A program made the translations under genes and the position numbers. This document shows positions 51,933-63,200 of a DNA stretch of 64,000 bases, in pieces (positions within the stretch are counted from its first letter, which is position 1; every line of letters begins with the position of its first letter). The notes under the pieces are model-generated. The model did not search any database, was not told where the DNA came from, and was given only the letters and a program-made list of their open reading frames with translations. This stretch comes from Chiloscyllium plagiosum (lineage: Eukaryota), in the NCBI RefSeq assembly GCF_004010195.1, contig NC_057718.1:2614996-2678995 (forward strand), in the 5' to 3' direction.

Positions 51933-52072
51933 AAAAACAATGACTGCAGATGCTGGAAACCAGATTCTGGATTAGTGGTGCTGATGAAGGGCTTTTGCCT
52001 GAAACGTCGATTTTACTGCTCCTCAGGATGCTGCCTGAACTGCTGTGCTCTTCCAGCGCCACTAATCCAGAA
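51933..52072 (+). mobile_element. Non-autonomous Penelope pLTR-derived insertion with hammerhead core
   Basis: ctgatga-agggcttttgcct-gaaacgtc (51981-52008); 16-bp TSD tccattctgaagaggt (51917-51932 / 52073-52088). Confidence 0.85.
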
Positions 52073-52108
52073 TCCATTCTGAAGAGGTTTCATTCTGTTT
52101 TCTTTTAG

Positions 52109-52152
52109 ATCGAACACGGAGCAGTGAGCGAGCAGCAGTTCCTCCTGTTGTG
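52109..52152 (+). pseudogene. Cytoplasmic exon 2 ((D)RTRSSERAAVPPVV)
   Basis: ttttcttttag| ... GTG|gtaagg; phase 1 in, phase 0 out, matching both neighbouring exons. Confidence 0.65.
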
Positions 52153-53193
52153 GTAAGGAAATGGGACACCACTGTTGGTTTTTGCTGCATTTTGAGAAAC
52201 AAGAGCCACATCCGGGAGGAACATTAGTATCACCAGAATGATTACAAATCATAACTTGTAACACACACTGTTCCACAAAAGGCTTTGACTGAAAATAATC
52301 AAAGAGCAGTCAATCATTTCCTTCTTTTTAATCTTCGGACAAGTTGCATGAACAGAAATGTCCACAACTTTTGAGTGCCTGGGAAATGCTCTCACATTTT
52401 GTGGGACTACCATCACAGACAGAATGCCCTGGGATCTATGTTCCTCCTAATGGATTGTTCAGGTGCAGGGGGACTCTCTGAGGGCTGAGATTAAGAAGGG
52501 GGAATGAGCCAGTACCTTGTGGCTGTAATTCAATCTCAATTCCAACTTCCTTCGCTATCTCCAATGTTCTTCATTCCCTCAGTATAAAACTGATTGGTAT
52601 CTGGTGTCTGTGAGGAGCTGAAACCCACAACAAGCCCTGGGTCAGGAAGATTCAATCCCTGCTCTGCTCCAAATGAGCTACTGCAGTTGGGGGAGAGAGG
52701 AGCTTGGCTCCATTGACCTCAACACCTGAGATTAAGAAGGGGGGGGATGAGCCAGTGTTCCAGCTTTTCCCTCCCAGATCATGTTCCGAACATTCTTGGA
52801 TAGCAGCCAGGCCTCAGTAGGGACTCTCTTGCTGCTCACTCAGATGGATGTCAATTCAAGCCTCAGTGCACAGATTTGAGCACAGATTTTGGGCTGACCC
52901 TCCAGGGCAGTACTGAGGGAGTGCTGCTCTGTAAAAGCTGCCTCTCTTTTGGGCATGGAGTGAAATCTGGATCCCCTCTGCTGCCTCGGATGGATGTAAA
53001 ATATCCCTGGGCAATACTTTGGCAGAGAGCAGAGAGGTTCTGCTGAACTCCCTGGGTGATGCGTGTCCATTCCCCAACATTCACCAAAGCAGACTATCTG
53101 CTCAGCACTGCTGCTGGGATCTTGCTGTGTACAAATGAGCACCTCCCGATGTCTGTGAGGAAATTACTGAGTGATGTTCATGTTCGATTCCAG

Positions 53194-53358
53194 CATGCTG
53201 AAGGGGAATGTCATTATGCTGAGGTTCACTTTCACTGACAAGGAAGCAGCCAGCTGACAGTGACAACTGCTGAAAGGAGCTCGGAGTACGCAGTTATAAA
53301 ATGGTCAAGAAACTGTAGTTCAACAGGACCCTTTCACTCTGCAGCAAGGAGCAGTTAA
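53194..53358 (+). pseudogene. Terminal cytoplasmic exon with two ITIM-type motifs and an internal stop
   Basis: ttccag|HAEGECHYAEVHFH*QGSSQLTVTTAERSSEYAVIKWSRNCSSTGPFHSAARSS*; TGA at 53236, SEYAVI at 53281-53298. Confidence 0.75.
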
Positions 53359-53454
53359 GAGCAGCTCATTCGAGCAGAATCATCTCAGCTTCAACTTCAC
53401 ATTCACACTTCAGATTCAGGCTTCCTCACCAACAACCATCTCATATCCATATAT

Positions 53455-54080
53455 TCCGAGACCCAGAGATTTACTGGGCACTCAAACCGTCCCAGCCACT
53501 GAGGTTACTGGGCATTCCGACTCTCTCAGACCCTAAGATGACTGGGCACTCAGACAGTGCAGCAGCTCAGCATGGGGGTGAAAGGTGCAGGAGGCAGTTC
53601 AGTCCCTCACTGAGATTATTTGGAGCACACAGCCCTCTGCTGCTCCCTCTAACATTGTGCGGAACAACAGCAGGGACATTGTGGGAACAGCTTGAATTGT
53701 GAGTTCCCTCCAAGTCCCAGTCCATCCTGATTTGGAATCTCAGCCTTTCCTTCCTCAGCACTGGCTCTGGTTATTGGGATTCCCCAGTTAGCAGCCAGCA
53801 CTGGGTCAATAGATAGCCCAGGCAGAGCTGAGCTTGATCAGGATGAGGCAAGTCATGCCTTAAACTGGAGACATTCGTCACATTGTTGGGAAAAATAATG
53901 ATTGACAGTTTGATCATTAAAGTTGGAAGATCCCCAGAGTGTTGCCTGGATCTCTGGTAAAATCGTCTCATGATAATCCCACTCCGACGTTGCCTGCTGC
54001 TCAGTGTGATTGGCTCGGTTCCTGTTTTCATTGAAGTTTAAATCTTGCCTGGCAGTTTGAGTTGGTTTAATTTTGCCAGT
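53455..54080 (+). repeat. 3' flank/UTR segment of the receptor gene, paralogous (inverted) to 10850-11520 and 9466-9660
   Basis: Reverse-complement match, including degenerate 34-bp units. Confidence 0.88.
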
Positions 54081-54264
54081 TGTTTCTGAACTGTTGCCCT
54101 CATTTTTCCTAGCCAAGCATTTAGATAGATCAGAGAAACAATCAAGTGCAGCAGAGTTAGAAAAGGTTGCATAGCAAATGAGACAATTGGAGTTAGATAG
54201 TGAACTGTAGGAGAAAGAAAGGGAAAGAATGCTTGAGTTGGAAAAGATGAAGTTGGAACTTTCA

Positions 54265-54583
54265 TGCAATCCTTACAGTGTGGAAACAGGCCTCTCAGCC
54301 CCACAAAGAGACCCTCTGAAGAGCAATCCACTCAGACCAATTCCTCTACCCCCTTTTTTTTATCCCTGACTAGTGCACCTAACCTACATGACTCTGAATA
54401 CTATGGGCAATTTATCATGGCAAATTTACCTAACCTGCACATTTTTGGATTCTGGGAGGAAACTGGAACACCCAGAGGAAACCCATGGGTTGAATGTGCA
54501 AACTCCACACAGACAGTCGTCCAAGGCGGGAATCGAACCCGAGTCCCTGGTGCTGTGTGGCAGCAGTGCTAACCATCGAGCCA
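54265..54583 (-). mobile_element. HE1/V-SINE-type SINE
   Basis: Same family as 88-370. Confidence 0.85.
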
Positions 54584-54976
54584 TTATAACTTGGAGCAAA
54601 AGGACTTCAAAAAACAGAAATAAAATTATAGGATAGAAGTGATGATAAGCAAACTCATCGTAGCCAACTTCTTGGTCGGGATATATACCAATATGTCCAA
54701 ACATTACCAAAATTTGATGAAAAAGCTGCCGAAGATTTTTTCATTTCCTTTGAGAAATTGGCTAACCAGATGAACTCGCGAGAGAGTGTGTGGCTAATGT
54801 TAATTCAGTCCAAGTTGGTCGGCAGGGCTCGTGAGATGCTTGCAGCACTGTCAGAGGCGGTGTCAGGAGAACATGAGGAAATGAAAAAGGTGATGTTGAG
54901 TGACTATGAATTGGTACCAGAAGCACATTGACGATGGGTCAGAAATGTAAGAAAAGAACCATGTCAGACTTATACC

Positions 54977-55250
54977 ATCATGATTTGGAGATGCTGGTGT
55001 TGGACTGGGGTGTACAAAGTTAAAAATCACATGACATTAGGTTATAGTCCAACAGGTTTACTTGGAAGCACTACCTTTCAGAGCGCTGCTCCTTCATCAA
55101 GTGGTTGTGGAGTACACAATTGTAAGACGATTGTGTCTTACAATCTTATACTCCACAACCACTTGATGAAGGAGCAGCGCTCTGAAAAGTAGTGCTTTCA
55201 ATTAAACCTGTTGGACTATAACCTGATGTCATGTGATTTTTAACTTTGTA
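54977..55250. mobile_element. Palindromic (fold-back) non-autonomous element
   Basis: 55013-55250 is a near-perfect inverted repeat; TSD gacttatacc (54967-54976 / 55251-55260). Confidence 0.88.
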
Positions 55251-55989
55251 GACTTATACCGAGTTTTAAAAAATTAAACAGAATAACTTTAATTGATGGA
55301 TGAGAGCATTAAAGATAGAAAAGATACACGAGAGATTATTCTGCTGCAGGAGTTTAAAAACTCACTTCCAGAAGTGATAAGAACTCATGTTGAGCAACAG
55401 AAAGTTCAGACAATGTGAAGAGCTGTAGGGAGGCTGATGAACATGTGTTAGTGTTTAAAACGAAATCTAGTTGCCGACAGCAATTTCATTCTGTGAGGGA
55501 TAGAAATTGGGAAAAAGGATGATCCTTTAATGAAAACCAAAAAGGAGATCACCCTGGGAGAAATTTATCATATGTGACAAAAGAAACCCAAGAACATGGA
55601 AAAGAGGTGAAAGACCTCAGATGTTTTCATTGCAATAAGGTGGGATAAACAAAGTCATGGTGCTGGGGGTTTCAAAAGGTGCTGGGAGAAAGGATGTGGT
55701 AAAAGGGGCTAATCCAGTGGCATTGGTTAAGGCAGTGAAAGAAATCCTAAAAGAAGTGCAGGAAAGTGCACAGCTTAGTCACAGGCTGGATAGTGAGATA
55801 GTGCCAGACCTTTTCAAAGACTTCATCTGTGTGGGTAAGATTTATGCAGGTAGAACAGGGAGAGTAGGTAAAAAGGGTTAAAATATTGAGGGATACGGGA
55901 GCCAGTCTGTTTCTAATAGTAAGAGATGAAAATATTTGCCCTCCTTCTGAAATATTGCCCGACAGCATGGTAACCTGTGGAATAAATGG

Positions 55990-56780
55990 AGAGAGGAACA
56001 AAAGGATGGTCAGAGTGATGGTGGGGCCGATCAACAATAGTGCAGGGAACTTGTGCCTGGAGTTGGAGAAGGTAGGGGAGGTCCTGAATGAATACTTTGC
56101 TTCAGTGTTCACTACTGAGAGGGACTTTGTCATTTTTGGGTTGTTAAGTAGGTGTATGGTGTATTGGCTTTCATTAGCGGGGGATTGAGTTTAAGCACTG
56201 TGAGGTTATGCTGCAGCTCTATAGAGCTCTGGTTAGACTGCACTTGGAATATTGTGTTCCGTTCTGGTTGCGTTATTACAGGAAGAATGTGGAAGCTTTA
56301 GACAGGGTGTAGAGGAGATTTTTCAGGATGTTGCTTGGACTGGAGGGCATGTCTTATGAAGAAAAGTTGAGGGAGCTCGGGCTTTTCTCATTGGAGAGAG
56401 GAAGGATGGGAGGTGACTTGATAGAGGTGCACAAGATGATGAGAGGCACAGAGAGAGTGGGTAGCCAGAGACTTTTTCCCAGGGCAGACATGGTGATCAC
56501 AAGGAGCTATAATTTTAAGATGATAAGAGGAAGGTTTAGAGGTGATGTCAGAGGTAGGTTATTTGCACAGAGAGTGGTAGGTGCATGGAATGCATTGCTA
56601 GTGGTGGCAGTAGAGTCAGAGACATTAGGGACATTTGAGTGACTCTTGGACAGGCACATCATTGATAGTAAATTGAAGGGTATGTTGGTTAGTTTGATCT
56701 GAGAGTAGGATAAAAAGTCGGCACAACAAAAATGGCCGAAAGGCCTGTACTGTGCTTTATTGTTTTATGTTCTACGTTTA
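55990..56780 (+). mobile_element. CR1 LINE fragments nested in the Gypsy protease region
   Basis: GEVLNEYFASVFT; GGDLIEVHKMMRG; AQRVVGAWNAL. Confidence 0.88.
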
Positions 56781-59700
56781 TGTTTGATGTTCCTTCATGT
56801 AAGATAAAGCTAGAAAGTCCAATCAAAACTGGGGAAGTGATTGTGGGACTGATGGAAAAATTTGCTATTCCAGGAGTCCTGTTTATTATCGGAAACATTA
56901 GAGCTGGATCACAGATGGGAGTGAGGCCCATTCTAATAGAAAACCAAAGGAAAACCAAGGAACTGAGGAATTAAAACAAAAATACCCTGGGATTTTCTGG
57001 ACTGTGTGGTGACAAGATCTCACAGCCATAAGTTAAAACATTGGAGGAGAACAAAAGAGAAAGATGAAGGGGTTGGGTTCCAGTTAGCTGGCGCTCTGTT
57101 TGATGAGATGGTGAAGGAAAAGCTGAAGCAGCTAGAGGATCAGGCAGAAGTGTTTCATTCTGAAAGATTAATGGAATCATGACAAAAAAATGAGATGATA
57201 AAGGATTTATATCAAAGCCTACTTGGAAAAGGAATCAGAGTGTATTCCAGAATGTTATGAAATTAAGGGTAAAATCTTCTGCTGTAAATGGAGATCTTGG
57301 CAGATTAGTGCAGGTGAGAAATGGGCAGAGGTTCACCAAATTGTGCTGCTGGTAGAATACAGACAGGAAGTATTGCGGGTATGATTGCCAGCCATGACTG
57401 AATAATGGCACAGACTTGGTGGGCTGAATGGCTTAACTTCTGCTCCTATGTCTTATGGTCTATGGGTAGCACACATATTACCTGTAGGAGGTCATGTAGG
57501 AGTGTGGAAGACTCAGGTTAAGATACAGAAGTATCTTAGTCAGTTTGGATCACATAACAATGTGGTCGAGTTTTGCTGTAACTGTCATACTTGTCAAATG
57601 GTAGGAAAGCCACAGGCAGTGACAAAAAAAACACCTTTGATGCCAATTCTTCCATTCAAAAAACTTTCTACACAGTTTATGATTGTGTAGGTCCTCTCCC
57701 TAAAACTAAAAGTGGAAGCAATATTTGTTAACCAGAATGGGTGTGTCTACCAGGTGTCCGGAAGCAATTTCATTATGGAATGTCAAGGCAAAAAAGGTTC
57801 TGGAGAGATTGCTTGCTTTCCTTACCCATTATAGACGAAGGGAGATTCAGTCAGATCAAGTGTCCAACTTTACTGCCAAATTATTTAAGGATTTCACAGA
57901 TAGTGTATATCAAGTGTGTAGCATCCTGAATCCCAGCGAACAATGGAAAGGTGGCATCAGACCCTAAAGCCAATGTTGAGGGTTTATTTCCAGGATTACC
58001 CAAATGATCAGGATAAAGGTATCCCATTTATATTATTTGTTGTTACGGATGCACCAAATAAATCGAATCAGTTTGCTCCATTTGAATTGATATTCAAATA
58101 CTAAGTAAGAGGGCCTTTAAAATTAATTAAGAAAAAGTTGATCAGTCTGAAGTCAGAGATCTCACATTGGATTATGTATCTAAGGTGAGAGAAAGATTAA
58201 ACTGAGCAGGTGAATTAACTGGACAATGTTTGAAGGTGGCACAGCACCTAATGAACCAAGGACCAGATAATAAATTGAAAATTTGTACATTTGTCTGTAG
58301 GGATAAAGTATTAATGCTGTTACCAGTGGTAGCAGATCCCTTCAAAGCAAGGTTTAGTGGTCCTTACCAGATTGAGAACAAGTTAGGTCTGGTGAATTAT
58401 CTGGTAAAATATTTATCAGTTATGTCATGTGATTTTGCTGAAACATTACTATGACAGGGAAAGGGAACCGGAGAAACAGATATTAGTTATTGCCACTCAG
58501 AGTCAGGAATAAAATCCAGATGATTTGGATTTTGATGTGTCTCAGAAGAAGTTGAATAATGAAGAAGTCCTCAATGAATGGGATGAGGTAGTGATCTGTC
58601 TGCCCCAGGAACAGAGAACTGAATTCCAAGACTTGTTACAGTGCTACGAGGACCTATGCAGAAATAAAATAGGGAGGACTAATGCTGTGGTACATGAGAT
58701 TGATGTAGGGAATGCGATTCCAATAGAACAACTTCCCACAGGTTTAATCCTCTCAACACAGAGCAGGTTCAGAAGGAAGCAAAAATGATGTTCCAAGAAG
58801 ACATCACAGAGATACATCAAAATGAGTGCAGTTCACCAATTGTGTTAGTTCCCAAACTTGATTATACTCAAAGCTTCTGTATAGATTATTGGGAGGTCAA
58901 TGCTGTGACCAAATCTGACTCATACCTAATTCCAAGGCTGGAGGATTGTATGGATAATGTAGGACAAGCCAATTACATCACAAAATTGGATTTATTGCCC
59001 GGTTACTGGCAAGTACCTTTGTTGGAGAGACCAAAAGAAGTTTCTGCTTTTCTAACCCTAAGTGGGCTATTTCAATTTAATGTGACACCATTTGGAATGA
59101 AACACATACCAGTCACTTTTCAAAGGCTTCTGAACAGAGCTGCTGCAGGATTGACTAAATGTGCACCTACATAGATGATGGAGGGATCTTTTACCATTCC
59201 TGGAAAGATCGCATGCAGCATTTGGCAAAGATTTTTCAGAGAATATGGTAGGCAAAGCTGGTCATAAACTTGATAAAAACAGACATTCGTAGTTCACAAA
59301 ATTTGATATGGACAGATGACACTGAGGACTGTGAAAATGAAGGTCATTGAGGAATTTCCAATGCCATCCTTGAAGAACGAAGTGCTCTGAACTTTGAGAT
59401 TGAAATTTGTACCAACCTTTAGTAGTGTAGTGGCACCATTGACAGATTTGTTAAAAAAGAACCTGAAATTGCAGTGGGCAGAACAATACCAGGAGGTGTT
59501 TGAGAATTTAAAAGGACTGTTAAAAATACCAGTTTTAGCCACAGCAAAACTTTTTGAAACTCTTCAAAGTTACCATTGACCCAAGCAATGTTGTGCTGGA
59601 GCTGTGTTGTTACTGGAGGAGGATTGTGAAATAGAAAGGCCTTTTGGTTATTTTTAAAAAAAAAACTCAATATCCACCAGAAAAAAAATCACCATTGAAA

Positions 59701-60252
59701 AGGGGTTATTGAGTTTGATATTGGCCACACAGCATTTTAATGTTTACTTTGCAAACAATGTATCAGAGATAATTGTGTATATTGATCACAATGTTTTGAC
59801 GTTTCCAGAGAGATTTGATGACACGAACACCAGATTATTTTGCTGGAGTCTCAGGTTACAAGCATTGACTTTACAGATTGTACATGTGAAAATATTATCA
59901 TAGATGCATTATCGTGAGCTTAAAAGAAAAATGCTCATCTAAGATAGAAATCGTAGTATTCAATGTTTTGTACAAATAACATTAGTGTAAAATGTGTAAC
60001 TCCAGATTAATAAACTATGGATGCAGTAATATCATAGATTATGGTTTTAAAAGAAGAAACAAAAAAATGAAGTCATCTTTTTATAATGATGGCTCAATTT
60101 TTTCATAAGGGACGAGGTGTTGCAAGGTTGGGTAGAGTACTAGTAGATTGGGAGGCAGGGAGTTAGAATTTGGTGTTTATAAAATGCTTGGGGAGTGGGG
60201 GGGAAGTGAAGCATTGCATGGTCCCTTTAAAAGATGGTGTTTTTCTGTGTTT

Positions 60253-63200
60253 TATTATAACATGGAGTAAACCTTTCTGCTAATTTAAACCGGCAACACA
60301 GAAAAGATTCACCCTGTGCTGTAATCTGCTAAAACTCGAGAGGTAAAGAACTATCCCAAAGCCACTATTTGAAGTACAAAAAGAATTAAGAATTTTATTC
60401 TTTAAGTCGAGCAGAGAATATTAACTAATAACTATTTACAACTCATTTTCCTAAACCGATCTATTACCTCCATCTGTACAATACTGGTCCGATAAAAACC
60501 CCAATTAAGACTGAGAGAAAAAAAATCAAATTTCTAAACCAGCCAGCTATCAAATCTTCTCTTTGTATCTACCGCTGTAGATTTTCTCTTCAGTTCAGTG
60601 TAATTTTTTTTTTCTGTACAAACCCCTCCAGACAGTTACCTTTTACTATCAGCCCACATCTGTTGGTCTTTTGGCAGTTCTCTTTGCTGCTCTTTGCCAC
60701 TCTGGGTAATTGTTCAAAATGTGCTAAATTTAAACTTGATTGGAACTTGACATTTTGGGGCATAATTTAAAATGATTAGCTGAATTTGAATTTGTTTTTT
60801 GTAGCCAGGAAACCCAGTTACTCCAGCTATTTGACCAAAGTTACATTGTTACTTTATTCAAAACACTTTACTGTGTCAAGTAGTTCTGCTAGATTTTCAA
60901 CTCTCTTAAAGGGACAGTACAACTGTAACCTTCATAACACCTCCCCCCATAAAAAAATGAACCGTCATCATGAAAAGGTGGCTTCATTTTTTTTCTATTC
61001 TTTAAAACATTGCCATAACATACAGATAACTTTAGTCTAAGTTCATCTTAACTTCTTCCTCTACATACATATAACATTTGATAAATACAAATCTCATCTA
61101 AACTTTATTAGTTAAATCCATGATAACACATCTGCAATTACATTCTTATGACCCGCAACATGTATGATTTTTAAATTAAAGGTTTGTAACATAAGACTCC
61201 AATGAAATAGTATCGTATTCTTGTCGTTAAAGATTGTAATCCATGTACACAACAATATCCAATACATTGTTCATGCCATACACATTAAATGTTGTAAGGT
61301 CAATACCAAACTCAATAGTGCTTTTCAATTGTGGGGTATTTCCTTTGGTTGATGTGGATTCTTCAAAAAACTAACCAATTGACAGTTCATTCACATCATC
61401 ATCTTCCTATAACAGTACGTTACAACTCCAATGTCACTGGCATCGATGGCAACTTTAAAAGGTTTTGAAAAGCTTGGTGTAGCTGAAACTGGTCTGGTGG
61501 TTAATATTGCTTTCAAATGGTTGAACGCCTTCTGGCATTGTTCTGTCCATCGAAACTTGGTGTTCTTCAGCATAACGGTTAACGGTGCCACTTACATTGC
61601 TGAAGTTTGGAACAAACTTCTGATAGAATCCACTGAGTCCTAAGAATCAAAACACCTCTTTCTTCGAGGCTGGTTGTGGAAATTCCTCGATGGCGTTCCT
61701 TGGGGTCAAATTTCCATGACCGATGTTATGTCCCAAGAATGTCACCTCGGCTTTTGCGAATACAGTTTAGTTTAAGTTTATTACCAGTTTGCTTCTCATA
61801 GTCATTCAAAGAGCTCTGCCAATTGTACCATGTGATCTTTCCAGGACTTACTAAAGATCACTACATCATCCACATAGACTGCACAGTTTGTTTGTTAACC
61901 CAACCATTACTCTAGGTTGTGAGGCTTTGAATGTGGCAGGTGTATTCTTCATTCCAAAGGGCATCCCTTTAAATTGATATCGCCTATTTGGGGTTACAAA
62001 TGCGGAAATTTTTTTCACCTTCTCTGATAAAGGTACCTGCCAGTAACCACGCAGTAAGACCAACTTGGTGATGTAACTGACTTGTCTGACTTTTTTGATA
62101 TAATCCTTAAATTTAGAAGTTGATACATGTCCAATTTCGTAACGGTGTTGACCTTCCAATAATCCACACAAAATGGTTGAGCCATGTCTGGTTTGGAAAC
62201 TAAGACGATCAGCGAACCCCTCTCGCCCTGGCTCAGTTCAATGATGTCCTCATCGAGCATACCCTCCACCTCCATCTGGACCTGCCTGACTTTGATAGGG
62301 GTGTTGTTTTATCAGAGTAGTATTCCCTACGTCTACTTCATGTACAACAGCATTGGTCCTCCCCACCTGATTCTTACATATGTCCTTATACTGCAGTAAC
62401 AAATCTTTCAACTGCGTTCTGTGCTCCTGAGACAGATAGCTTACTAACCTATCCCATTCCTCAAGGACTTCTTCATTTTTTAATCTATTTTGAGGCACAT
62501 CAAAATCCACATCATCTGGATTGGATTCTTCACTCTGTGGGGCAGTAACTAACACCTGTTTCTCCAGTTCTTTCTCTCTAGTATAATATGGTTTCAACAT
62601 GTTCACATGACTTACCTGATATCGTTTTTTTCTGTCTGGCTTCTTTATTAGATAGTTCACCTGGCTCAACTTTTTCTCAATTTGATAGAGACCACTAAAC
62701 CTGGCTTTGAAGGGATCTCCTATCACTGGTAACAGAACTAACACATCATCCGCTTGGGAAAATGTCCGAGTCTCAGAGCTTTTATCTGCCACTTGCTTCA
62801 TTCTATACTGTGCCCTCTTTAGGTGCTGTTGAGCTAACTCAAAGGGAGTGAACTGAGTAGATTCATTTGGGGCATCTCTAATGGCAAACAATATGAATGA
62901 GATCCCTTTATCCCAATCATTCAGGTAATCCTGACAGTATGCTTTCAACATGGTCTTCAAGGTCTAATGCCACCTTTCTAAGGCTCCTGGGATTCAGGGT
63001 GATACACACTGGATTTAAAGTGTTGTATATCTAAGCTACCTATAACCTCCTTAAACAGCCGAGCAGTAAAACTTAACCCATCATCCGACTGAATCTCACT
63101 GGGTAGTCCACACTGTGTGAAGAAAGCTACTAACTCCTCTACCATCTTTTTTGCTTTGATACTCCATAATGGAATTGCCTCCGGAAATCTGGTAGACACA

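Larger units (their letters stand above)
54090..60250 (+). mobile_element. Degraded Gypsy (Gmr1-like): gag with Zn knuckle, PR, INT, RT, RNase H, truncated 3' LTR from 60118; several nested insertions
   Basis: LPKFDEK..FFISFEKLA; CFHCNKVG ~55622; ILRDTGAS ~55883; INT HHCC ~57470-57600; RT 58785-59180; PPT aagggacgagg then TGTTGCAAGG. Confidence 0.9.
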
